Shown one piece after another: positions 1 through 8,601 of a stretch of DNA of 64,000 nt. The DNA comes from Armatimonadota bacterium (GTDB lineage Bacteria; Armatimonadota; Fimbriimonadia; Fimbriimonadales; Fimbriimonadaceae). The stretch is taken from positions 51,348 to 115,347 of the forward strand of contig JAEURN010000010.1 in assembly GCA_016789105.1 (NCBI GenBank). Reading direction: 5' to 3'. Position numbers and translations under genes: made by a program. Within the stretch, counting starts at the first letter, position 1, and every line of letters begins with the position of its first letter. Below the pieces are notes generated by a model, which saw only the letters and a program-made list of their open reading frames with translations, was not told where the DNA came from and searched no databases.

Positions 1-60
1 ATGGGCCGCATCTAGGCAACTGAAACATTTCGAACCGCTCACGCATTGAAAGCAATACTA

Positions 61-702
61 ATGAAACTCATCGCCGCCCTCATCTCCGGAGCTGCTGCCG
101 CTTCCCTGGCCGCGTTGGCCTACACCGGTTCCCTGCCGCAAGACCACGGCAGCGACCGGCCATCGCCCACCATCAAACTCGCCCCGACGCAATTCCAAGC
201 CAGACCTGGGGTCAAAGTTGAACGCGCCATCTTTGCGGGCGGCTGCTTTTGGGGGCTGGAAAAGCACTTCCGCGAAACCCCCGGCGTGACGGCAACCGCC
301 GTCGGGTTCATTGGGGGCAAAACCAAAAATCCGACATACAAGGAGGTTTGTTACAACGACACCGGCCATGCCGAAGCGGTGCTATTGGAATTCGACCCGG
401 CGAAGATTTCGTACAAGCAGTTGGTGGAGCGGTTTTGGCAGATCCACAACCCGTGCACGTTGAACAGCCAAGGGCCGGATTTCGGCGACCAGTACCGGAG
501 TGGGATTTACCCCCTCAACGACTCCCAAAAAGCGGTCGCCGAGCAATCCAAGCGGGATTCCGCGCCCCTTTTCAAGCGCCCGATCGTCACCGAGATCGTG
601 ACCGGCCAGACCTTTTACATGGCCGAGGATTATCACCAGCAATACTCGGAAAAAACCGGCCGGGCGTGCGCCATCGACCGATCAGATCACGTGGGTGGCT
701 AG
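61..702 (+). CDS. msrA: Peptide-methionine (S)-S-oxide reductase MsrA with N-terminal signal/anchor segment
   Basis: GGCFWG active-site motif, GHAEAV, YRSGIY and AEDYHQQY motifs; hydrophobic N-terminus. ATG at 61 preferred over TTG at 46. Confidence 0.93.
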   Translation: MKLIAALISGAAAASLAALAYTGSLPQDHGSDRPSPTIKLAPTQFQARPGVKVERAIFAGGCFWGLEKHFRETPGVTATAVGFIGGKTKNPTYKEVCYNDTGHAEAVLLEFDPAKISYKQLVERFWQIHNPCTLNSQGPDFGDQYRSGIYPLNDSQKAVAEQSKRDSAPLFKRPIVTEIVTGQTFYMAEDYHQQYSEKTGRACAIDRSDHVGG

Positions 703-2387
703 GCCCAAATCGACATATCTGGTCGGAGTTTGTGGAAACCGAGCTTGTTTTGCAGAGCCTGGGCCGCCGCCAGCATCTTCCCTTCTTCAAACGGCTTGGA
801 AACCAGTGAAAAGCTCCTCGCCCTGCCCCTGGCATCCACGCCGGCCGGGATCAGGGTCTGAGGTATCCCGGTGGCGTTGAGCCCGATCAACCGAGGGTAG
901 AGCCGGTCGTCGGCAATGACGATCTCAAATGGTGACAACACTTCCAAATAGATGTCGCGCAAGATCGGCCGGAACCGGTCAGCTTGGATGTACTCCACGG
1001 CCGGGATCAATCGCCCAGATCGGAAGGTTTCGGGCCAGCTGGAATAGCTTTCGAGATCCTGGATGTCGGCGCTCCGGGTGAATTCCTCGAATGCCGCCGA
1101 ACACTCGGCAAACAGAATAGCGTTGATTGCCTCGGGATATTCGGGCATGTAGAACGGTGTGGGATCCACGCCGGCCTCCCGCAAAACCTTGAGCCAAGGG
1201 CGGTTTGCGTCGTCAAGTGGCTTTTCCAAGTCTTCCTCGCGAAAAACCATGTAGCCCCATTTGAACTCGTCGAGCTTGGAGGTTTGCCGGTAGATAAAGT
1301 CCCGTTCGATGTTTGATGGATCTGTCCCCATATTTCGGCAGAGTGCGGCAAAGACCGTCGCGCAGTCTTCCGCCGTGCGGCAGATGGGGCCGACTTTGTC
1401 GAGGCTCCAACAGAGGGCCATGGCCCCCGCGCGGCTGATCGACCCAAATGAGGGCCGTAACCCGGTGACCCGGCAATTGTGGCTTGGCGAGACGATAGAT
1501 CCGTTGGTTTCGGTCCCAATGGCAAAGGCCACCAATCCCGCCGCGACGGCACTTCCCGAACCGGCGGAGCTCCCGCTGCTTCCGATGTTTTTGTCCCACG
1601 GGCTTTCTGTCCGCCCTTCAAACCACACGTCGCCCATGGCCAAGGCACCCAGGCTGAGTTTTGCCACCAGCACGGCACCCGCCTGATCGAGGAGTTTGAC
1701 AACGTCGGAGTCCTCCGTAGCCACGTGGTCACGCCTTGTGCGAATGCCCCATGTGCTCGGAGTGCCTTGGGCATCAAACAGATCCTTGACTCCAAACGGA
1801 ATGCCGGCAAGCGGCCCCAAAATCCGCCCTTCGGCGATCAGCTTGTCGATTTCGGCGGCTTTTGCCAGCGCCCGCTCTTCGGTGAGGGTAACGACGCATT
1901 TGAGTTTGGGGCCATATGTTTTGAGCCGGGCCAAATAGAGCTTGGTCAGGTCAGTGGATGTCACCTGTTTGGATCGGATTAGCGCCGTTAAGTCGCCAAT
2001 TTCCATGAATGCAACGTCTTCGTCTTTCTGTGGCCGTTTGACGGTGCGGGGCGCTGCGTAGATTGTTGTTTGCGGGGGTCTCATACCAGCCGGTGGGCCA
2101 CCAAAAATCCGGTATGCCATTCCCATAAATCCAGCATCCGATGTGGCCTCCCGAAGCGGGGGCCACCACTCCCCAAACGAGTTCACCGAATCGACCATCT
2201 CTTTGACTTCGTCGTCGTTGAAGCTGAGGTTGGCCAATTTGAGGGCGGTTTTGATCTGCTCCTCGGTAGCTTTGCCTGAAGCAGCCTGACTTTGAACCGA
2301 ATCTCCCAGCGCAGGAAATGGCACGGCCATGCCGGCCAAACCGACTCCGGCAAGCTTTAAGAACTCAGAACGTGAAAACTCGGGCAT
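699..2387 (-). CDS. Amidase-signature family enzyme with Tat-like N-terminal peptide
   Basis: GVKDLF, GSSSAGSGSAVAAG and IGTETNGSIVSP amidase-signature motifs; N-terminus SRSEFLKLAG. Confidence 0.88.
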   Translation of the reverse strand: MPEFSRSEFLKLAGVGLAGMAVPFPALGDSVQSQAASGKATEEQIKTALKLANLSFNDDEVKEMVDSVNSFGEWWPPLREATSDAGFMGMAYRIFGGPPAGMRPPQTTIYAAPRTVKRPQKDEDVAFMEIGDLTALIRSKQVTSTDLTKLYLARLKTYGPKLKCVVTLTEERALAKAAEIDKLIAEGRILGPLAGIPFGVKDLFDAQGTPSTWGIRTRRDHVATEDSDVVKLLDQAGAVLVAKLSLGALAMGDVWFEGRTESPWDKNIGSSGSSAGSGSAVAAGLVAFAIGTETNGSIVSPSHNCRVTGLRPSFGSISRAGAMALCWSLDKVGPICRTAEDCATVFAALCRNMGTDPSNIERDFIYRQTSKLDEFKWGYMVFREEDLEKPLDDANRPWLKVLREAGVDPTPFYMPEYPEAINAILFAECSAAFEEFTRSADIQDLESYSSWPETFRSGRLIPAVEYIQADRFRPILRDIYLEVLSPFEIVIADDRLYPRLIGLNATGIPQTLIPAGVDARGRARSFSLVSKPFEEGKMLAAAQALQNKLGFHKLRPDMSIWA

Positions 2388-2424
2388 CGTCTTTCGACGC
2401 TACCCGAACGGCCAGAGTTTTTCC

Positions 2425-2679
2425 TTACATTTCGGAAGGCGTGCAGCTTGGGCAGGCACCCGATCCATCGCATCCTGATTCTGATTTTGCTTGGGGGACG
2501 GAGGACGCAGAATCATTGACATAGAACCCTGACCCTTTAAACGCCACGCCAACCGGCTGGATGACGCGCTTGAGGTTCCCTTTCCCACATTGGCAATCGG
2601 TCAGCGGCTCATCGGCCATGCGTTGTTCGATTTCAAATGTCCCTTGGCAGGTGTCGCATTCGTAAACGTAGGTCGGCAT
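2425..2679 (-). CDS. FmdB-family zinc-ribbon protein
   Basis: MPTYVYECDTC...CQCGKGNLKRVI...FKGSGFYVND pattern; start trimmed to ATG at 2679. Confidence 0.88.
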   Translation of the reverse strand: MPTYVYECDTCQGTFEIEQRMADEPLTDCQCGKGNLKRVIQPVGVAFKGSGFYVNDSASSVPQAKSESGCDGSGACPSCTPSEM

Positions 2680-2755
2680 AGTCCTGTTAGCCCCTGTTTG
2701 GGGGCCCTTCGAGCGTAGATTGTGGCAGAATCGGCCCCGAGTCCCAACCCTCAAG

Positions 2756-3523
2756 ATGCCATTTGCCCCGCAGATTTTTGAATATGGCGACATTGCCGTC
2801 ATCGGAATGTTGATCCTGTTGGAAGGCCTGTTGAGTGCTGATAACGCTCTGGTCTTGGCGATCATGGTGCGGCACTTGCCGGCCGAGCAACGGGGCAAAG
2901 CCCTCACCTACGGGCTTGGGGGCGCGTTTGTCTTTCGGGCGGTCGCCATTGGGCTCGCCACTCTCATCATGAAGCTGTGGTGGCTCCAGGCCATTGGGGC
3001 TGGTTACCTGATTTGGATGACGGTCAAACACTTTGTCTCCAACCGCGGCCACCAGCAAGAAGTCGAAGCAGGCCACCGGGCCGACAAGGCCGGCTTTTGG
3101 CAGACTGTTCTGATGGTCGAGGTTGCCGACATCGCCTTTGCCGTGGACAGCGTTCTTGCCGGGGTGGCCCTGGCCAAAGCCAGCACCAAGCACGCGTTTG
3201 AATCCAAGCTATGGGTCGTCTATTCCGGCGCGGTCATCGGGATCGTCTTGCTACGATTTGCCGCGAAGGCATTCTTGAAATTGCTCGACCGGTTCCCTGC
3301 CCTCGAGCACCTGGCTTATGCCTTGGTCGGTTGGGCGGGGGTGAAGCTTTTGGTGATGTCTGGGCACCACTTCACAGTAGATGCAAAACCGGGGTTCACG
3401 ATTCCAGAGATGGAGCCCGCCGTGTTCTGGGCCGTGTTGGCCCTCATATTGGCCGTCGGGACCGCTTATGCGATAAGGCATGCGAACCCTCAACCAGACG
3501 GTATCCCAGACGATATCGCATAA
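2756..3523 (+). CDS. TerC-family (YkoY-like) membrane protein, probable metal exporter
   Basis: LEGLLSADNALVLA and VEVADIAFAVDSVLA motifs; several TM segments. Confidence 0.88.
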   Translation: MPFAPQIFEYGDIAVIGMLILLEGLLSADNALVLAIMVRHLPAEQRGKALTYGLGGAFVFRAVAIGLATLIMKLWWLQAIGAGYLIWMTVKHFVSNRGHQQEVEAGHRADKAGFWQTVLMVEVADIAFAVDSVLAGVALAKASTKHAFESKLWVVYSGAVIGIVLLRFAAKAFLKLLDRFPALEHLAYALVGWAGVKLLVMSGHHFTVDAKPGFTIPEMEPAVFWAVLALILAVGTAYAIRHANPQPDGIPDDIA

Positions 3524-3626
3524 GATATTTTTTAAATATTTCCACTTATAATAACAATGGCAAGACTTCTCTTTTTTGGCGATTTGCCGCATTTGTCTCA
3601 AAATTGGTGTATAAGTGCGGTTCGAA

Positions 3627-4553
3627 ATGCAAAGGATTCTCGCGTTCACAGCTGCATGCGTTCTTTTCTTGTGCCTCATCGCCTGTGGCGGTGCGGGTAG
3701 CACTGTTGGAACAAACGTCAGCTACGTTGTTCTTGATAACAACCGTTTGGCCAAGTTCGATGGCTTCCCAGGGACAAATTGGTCGACTTTTGGCACGGTC
3801 GGTTCTGGGGCGAACCAGTTCCAGGTTCCCCGCGACATTGCCCGCGACTCACTTGGCCGGTATTACATTATCGACCAAAACAACAGTCGCATCGTTCGGA
3901 TAGATGACCTCAACGGCACCAACTGGAATTCGCTTGGAACACTGGGAAGCGGCGTGAACCAATTCAACGGACTGGGCGGAATTGCCATCGATTCCCTCGA
4001 CCGAATTTACGTCGCGGATGCGCAAAACAACCGGATCGTTCGGATGAACGATATTTCTGGTTCGGGTTGGACGACGTTTGGCACCCTTGGCTCTGGCGTC
4101 AATCAGTTTGACAAGCCGAATTACGTGACGATTGACGGCACGGGCAAGATCTTGATTAGCGACCGGGTGAATGGGCGAATCGTGAGGATCAACGACATGT
4201 CGGGAACCGGGTGGGTTTCGTTTGGCACATTTGGAAGCGCGATCAACCAATTCTTCAGTGCGCAACAAATCCGGGTCGATAGCGTGGGCCGTATTTATGT
4301 TGCCGACTATGCCAACGCAAGGGTCGTCAGGATCGACGACATGACCGGTGCGGGTTGGACAACTTACACGGCAGGCGTATCGCCAGGCGGGTTGCGCCTG
4401 GATGCCTTGGATCGCATCTATATCGTCAACTTGGGAACCGACTCTGTTTGCCGCATCGACAACATGTCCGGGGCAAACCGGGTTGATTTTGGGGCAACGG
4501 GAACCGGCTCTGGCCAGTTCGTATCCCCGACTAGCATCTTCATCACAAATTAA
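3627..4553 (+). CDS. NHL-repeat beta-propeller lipoprotein (paralog 1)
   Basis: Lipobox LIAC; about six repeats of RIVR(I/M)(D/N)DxxGxxW, mostly followed by FGTxGSGxNQF and GRIYVxD. Confidence 0.85.
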   Translation: MQRILAFTAACVLFLCLIACGGAGSTVGTNVSYVVLDNNRLAKFDGFPGTNWSTFGTVGSGANQFQVPRDIARDSLGRYYIIDQNNSRIVRIDDLNGTNWNSLGTLGSGVNQFNGLGGIAIDSLDRIYVADAQNNRIVRMNDISGSGWTTFGTLGSGVNQFDKPNYVTIDGTGKILISDRVNGRIVRINDMSGTGWVSFGTFGSAINQFFSAQQIRVDSVGRIYVADYANARVVRIDDMTGAGWTTYTAGVSPGGLRLDALDRIYIVNLGTDSVCRIDNMSGANRVDFGATGTGSGQFVSPTSIFITN

Positions 4554-4561
4554 CTGTTCAA

Positions 4562-4601
4562 CTTGCGGCGCGGTGATCGGATCGCGCCGCAAGATCTTTT
4601 T
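4562..4601 (+). terminator. Intrinsic terminator after NHL paralog 1
   Basis: cttgcggcgcg / cgcgccgcaag 11-bp stem followed by atcTTTTT. Confidence 0.75.
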
Positions 4602-4697
4602 GACAAAGGGCCACCGGTTTGGATTCTGTTTTTGTTGATTCCACATTGCTGTAACCCTTCGCTTGTCGGTCCAGCAATTCATGGCAGGTGACTCTAC

Positions 4698-4726
4698 TTG
4701 TATTTCTATCAGGACTCAGTTACTAT
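4698..4726 (+). promoter_or_regulatory. Sigma70-type promoter for NHL paralog 2 (probably leaderless)
   Basis: TTGTAT (4698-4703), 17-nt spacer, TACTAT (4721-4726), then 6 nt to ATG 4733. Confidence 0.65.
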
Positions 4727-4732
4727 GGAGGC

Positions 4733-5680
4733 ATGGCAAAAACGCCTCGTCTCGTCCTGTTATCCGTCCTGTTGACGGTGTTCTTTGCAACCCTGATCGC
4801 CTGCGGCGGCGCGGGCGGTTCGCTCGCCGGCATCACCGGCTATGTTTTTATTGATTACAGCAACCACCGACTTTCAACGACAAGCGATTTGAACGGAACG
4901 GGTTGGACGGCCTATGGGACGAATGGGAGCGGCGTCGGCCAGTTTTCGAATCCTTACGACTTGGTTCGCGACTCTCAAGGCCGGTATTACACGGCTGATT
5001 CGGGCAACGACCGCATTGTTCGGATGGACGACCCCAGCGGCGCCGGTTGGACGACTTTTGGAACCTCAGGCAATGGTGTGGGCCAGTTCTCGCGGCCCCG
5101 CGGTCTGTTCATCGATTCTCAAGATCGGATCTATATCAGTGACGCTTCCAACGGCCGAATCGTGCGGATCAACGACTTTACCGGTGCGGGCTGGGTTTCC
5201 TTTGGTTCTGCCGGGTCGGGAGTCAACCAGTTTTCCAATGCCCGGGGGATCCACGTGGACAACGACGGCACGATTTTTGTGGCTGACTGGTCGAACCATC
5301 GGATCGTCCGGATCGACAACATGACGGGGGCCAACTGGACGACGTTTGGATCCGTGGGAACGGGCGTCAACCAAATGCAGTTCCCCTCGGGCATCACCCG
5401 TGGATTGGACAACCGGCTGTATTTCTGCGATTACAGCAACAACCGCATCGTGCGCATGGACGACATCACCGGGTCTGGTTGGACTACGTACAGCTTCAAC
5501 TTGGTCAATCCGTTCAAAATCCGGTTCGACAATTTGGGCCGGATCTACATCTGCGGGTGTGGCGACAGCCGGATCACGAGGATCGACGACATGTCCGGGG
5601 CCAACGCCATCACTTATGGATCACTCGGCACGGGCGTGAACGGGTTCAACTGCCCGGTTGACGTTGTGATCACGTACTGA
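4733..5680 (+). CDS. NHL-repeat beta-propeller lipoprotein (paralog 2)
   Basis: Lipobox LIACGG and the same roughly 44-aa repeat as the upstream gene, about six blades. Confidence 0.85.
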   Translation: MAKTPRLVLLSVLLTVFFATLIACGGAGGSLAGITGYVFIDYSNHRLSTTSDLNGTGWTAYGTNGSGVGQFSNPYDLVRDSQGRYYTADSGNDRIVRMDDPSGAGWTTFGTSGNGVGQFSRPRGLFIDSQDRIYISDASNGRIVRINDFTGAGWVSFGSAGSGVNQFSNARGIHVDNDGTIFVADWSNHRIVRIDNMTGANWTTFGSVGTGVNQMQFPSGITRGLDNRLYFCDYSNNRIVRMDDITGSGWTTYSFNLVNPFKIRFDNLGRIYICGCGDSRITRIDDMSGANAITYGSLGTGVNGFNCPVDVVITY

Positions 5681-5698
5681 TAACCTCCGAAACTTGCC

Positions 5699-5737
5699 AA
5701 AAAAACCGATGGGTTCCCTATGGATCCATCGGTTTTT
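5699..5737. terminator. Intrinsic, possibly bidirectional, terminator after NHL paralog 2
   Basis: aaaaaccgatgg (5701-5712) pairs with ccatcggttttt (5726-5737); A-run before and T-run after. Confidence 0.75.
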
Positions 5738-5781
5738 GCGGTTTTTGGGACTGAACCTCAACCGTTCTTAAGGCGTTTACC

Positions 5782-5790
5782 TGTTATAAT
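5782..5790 (+). promoter_or_regulatory. Extended -10 promoter element upstream of the cell-wall amidase
   Basis: TGtTATAAT, 10 nt upstream of ATG 5801. Confidence 0.55.
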
Positions 5791-5800
5791 GCCTGGCAGT

Positions 5801-7387
5801 ATGAAGCGATGGATCGCCTGTTTAGCGCCATGGATGGTGCTGGCGGGGGCGGCCTTCGGGGCCAAACTCGACCCCGTCAACGTCCAGTTCAGTTACCACC
5901 AGCCTTCGACGACCGATGCATATCGGGTCGGGGATCAGTGCTATATCACGCCAAAACTGGCCCGGAGCTGGGACTGGAACATCTCCTTGGTCGGCAACGA
6001 AATGCAAGTGGCCACCGAAGGGCGGCTTTTCCGAGTGCCCATTTACAAAGATGGCGGCCAAACACTTTTGAGCCTGACTGATTCGGCTCGCTACCTGGGC
6101 GCATCAACCGATTGGGACGGCGGCACTTACCGTGTGCTCGGCCGCATTCGCAACATCGAATTAACACCCGAAGGCTTGGTTGTGGATTCGACGATCAAGG
6201 TCAAACCCAACTTGTTCCGATTGAGCGCTCCGGATCGCTTGGTGATCGACTTTGCCGGCGGCAAACTGGACATCGGGACCGGGGTTCAAATGCCCTCTTG
6301 GTGGCGGATCGGGCAATACGACGGGCAAACCGCCCGGATTGTTTTGGAGCACCCGGCGGCCATCGCCATCCCCACAGACCGGATTGCCGAAACCAGGCGG
6401 TTCCGGCTTGAATTGCCCAAGGCCGCCTACCAAAACCCATCGGATATCACCGAGCCGATCCAGCCGGTGAAGAAGGTGCAACCAGAGTCAGCCGCGCCGA
6501 CAATCACGCTTTCAGCACCAGCGATTTTGCAAGACGCGAACGGGGGCACCAGCCTTACCATCAGCGCCGACCAATCGCTGAGCCAACCCCCGTCAGTCCA
6601 ATACTTGACCCCCACCCAGTTGCAGCTTGTGATGCCCAACGCACGGTTTGCCCAAGCCTATTCCAAGCAGTTCGACGATGAGCGGTGGGTGACGGCAGTT
6701 TCGACCCTCGGCGACGGCCAAGCGGCGCTGCTGATCCAAACAAAAAGGGCCATGGCCTTTTCGGTCAGCACCAGCGGCTCAAAAATCATCGTGAGGCTCT
6801 CAGTCCCGCCGAGTTCCGGTCGGCTGGCCGGCAAAGTCGTTGTTATCGACGCCGGTCATGGAGGGAAAGACACGGGGGCCACGTTCGGTTCAGTCCGCGA
6901 AAAGGACCTCACCTTGAAGATCGCTCAAGCCCTGAGGGATGACCTGGTTGCCGCGGGGGCGAGCGTGATCATGACGCGGGACAGCGACGTCTATCCTTCC
7001 CTTGGCGACCGTGCCCAGTTGGCCAACCGCAGCAATGCTGCCGTCTTCATCAGCATCCACATCAACTCCATCAACAAAGATGACAGCCGGTCGGGGAGCA
7101 TCACGTTTTTCCACAACCAAGACCCGATGGACCGCTTGCTGGCCGAATGCCTGCAATCAGAGATCGCCAAGGTCAACCGGATCCCCGATCTAGGGACATG
7201 GTCGGACACCCGCATCTACCAAAGCGGATTTAAAGTCTTAAGGGATAGCAATGTGCCTTCTGTTCTGGTCGAAATGGGGTTCATCAACCACAAAAACGAT
7301 CGGGCCCAGATGACAAGTCCAGACTTTGCTGACCGGGTGGCCGCTGCGATGGTGAAAGGGATCCAAGTCTTTTTGGGGGAAAAGTAA
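5801..7387 (+). CDS. N-acetylmuramoyl-L-alanine amidase (Amidase_3) with N-terminal AMIN-like domains
   Basis: VVIDAGHGGKDTGA, EKDLTL, FISIHIN and PSVLVEMGFI motifs; signal peptide; PDRLVIDF AMIN-like motif. Confidence 0.9.
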   Translation: MKRWIACLAPWMVLAGAAFGAKLDPVNVQFSYHQPSTTDAYRVGDQCYITPKLARSWDWNISLVGNEMQVATEGRLFRVPIYKDGGQTLLSLTDSARYLGASTDWDGGTYRVLGRIRNIELTPEGLVVDSTIKVKPNLFRLSAPDRLVIDFAGGKLDIGTGVQMPSWWRIGQYDGQTARIVLEHPAAIAIPTDRIAETRRFRLELPKAAYQNPSDITEPIQPVKKVQPESAAPTITLSAPAILQDANGGTSLTISADQSLSQPPSVQYLTPTQLQLVMPNARFAQAYSKQFDDERWVTAVSTLGDGQAALLIQTKRAMAFSVSTSGSKIIVRLSVPPSSGRLAGKVVVIDAGHGGKDTGATFGSVREKDLTLKIAQALRDDLVAAGASVIMTRDSDVYPSLGDRAQLANRSNAAVFISIHINSINKDDSRSGSITFFHNQDPMDRLLAECLQSEIAKVNRIPDLGTWSDTRIYQSGFKVLRDSNVPSVLVEMGFINHKNDRAQMTSPDFADRVAAAMVKGIQVFLGEK

Positions 7388-7391
7388 GAAC

Positions 7392-7961
7392 ATGGCACGA
7401 CGCCTGAACCGAAACGGCCTCGCCGTCACCATTATTGCCCTGAGTGCCATCACCCTTGCCGGGTTAGGCATCTATGCTGGCTCGACCAAGCCGGCACCGC
7501 ATGCCGAAAAGACAGCCGCTTCCGCAACTAAACCAAAACCAACGGTGGAAGTGGAGGTTAAGCCCGACGACGAGCGCGACCAGGTGACGACCCTCACCCC
7601 CAAATATGTGGGGGATGATCTGAAGTTCGATAAGCAAAGCTCCACCCCTCCCGCCGGGGTCGACCCCAAGATGTGGGCTGTCAACCAATATTTGGGTACG
7701 TTGCAAGCGGTACCCAAAGAAGCCAAACTCCTCAGTTGCAAAGTGGAAAACCTAACGGCGACATTGGACTTCAACCAAGCCATCATGGCTGGCTACGGGA
7801 CGACCGACGAAGGCGCGCTTGTGAACGGGATTTTGACCGTTATGGGTCAGTTCAAAGACATCCAGGCGGTGAAGTTCACGGTTGAGGGTCAGCCGATCGA
7901 ATCGTTTGGGAACATCGACCTGAGCGAGGCCCAGCCCGTTCTGAAAATGCCGAATCACTAG
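7392..7961 (+). CDS. GerMN-domain protein
   Basis: N-terminal TM helix; ATLDFN...E...VNGILTVMGQFKDIQAVKFTVEG pattern. GerMN genes are commonly found next to Amidase_3 genes. Confidence 0.75.
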   Translation: MARRLNRNGLAVTIIALSAITLAGLGIYAGSTKPAPHAEKTAASATKPKPTVEVEVKPDDERDQVTTLTPKYVGDDLKFDKQSSTPPAGVDPKMWAVNQYLGTLQAVPKEAKLLSCKVENLTATLDFNQAIMAGYGTTDEGALVNGILTVMGQFKDIQAVKFTVEGQPIESFGNIDLSEAQPVLKMPNH

Positions 7962-8533
7962 ACCCCGCCCGATTCGGGCAGATCGTCTGCGGGCTCCCCT
8001 TGGCGGGGGGCCCATTTCCTTTTGATGGCCTCCCAAATAGCGGTGGCAGAACCCGCCACAGCGGCGCCAACCGCCCACCCCAACAAGACCTGATAAGGAT
8101 AGTGGACCCCGACGTAGACCCTGGATATCCCGGTGAGGATGGCTACTGCCAACCAAAAATATCCGGTTCCCCGGCTGTAGTAAAGGAAGGCTGTTGCCAC
8201 GGCCGCCATGTTGGCGCTGTGGGCCGAGGCCGTACCGTAGCTGGTGAGACGGGCTACCCTTACAATGGCGTCGCCGACCTCGACACTTGGCCGCGGCATT
8301 TGGAAGACGTTCTTCAACACATCGCAGAGTTCGTTGGCCAGCGGCCAGGCCACCAGGGCGACGATGGCCGGCGTCCGGAGCTTGGGCTTCCAAAGGCAAT
8401 AGGCCAAAAACGCCAGCAATGCAATCCGAACCGGCCACCACTTGTTCCCCTCGCTGAGAGAATAGAACAAGGGGTTGAGGGCGTCAGGCCAGCCGTTGAC
8501 CCATCGGAACAGCACAAGGTCGAACGGGCGCAC
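7958..8533 (-). CDS. PAP2-family membrane phosphatase
   Basis: KNVFQMPRP, SAHS and SRVYVGVHYP motifs. Confidence 0.88.
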   Translation of the reverse strand: MRPFDLVLFRWVNGWPDALNPLFYSLSEGNKWWPVRIALLAFLAYCLWKPKLRTPAIVALVAWPLANELCDVLKNVFQMPRPSVEVGDAIVRVARLTSYGTASAHSANMAAVATAFLYYSRGTGYFWLAVAILTGISRVYVGVHYPYQVLLGWAVGAAVAGSATAIWEAIKRKWAPRQGEPADDLPESGGV

Positions 8534-8601
8534 TCCAAGATTCTACTTGGCCGGGCTGTAACCCTGCGGGCGGCCGGACGATAGAATAGAGACCCCTTAA
8601 G

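Noticed and set aside
2680-2755. yybP-ykoY manganese riboswitch expected upstream of a TerC gene
   Set aside because: The 76-nt divergent spacer is too short and shows no recognisable aptamer.
3513-3540. dif-like site (CGCATAA ... TTTTTAAAT) in the AT-rich spacer
   Set aside because: The best XerD-arm match leaves only a 3-nt spacer instead of 6, and CATAA includes the terC stop codon.
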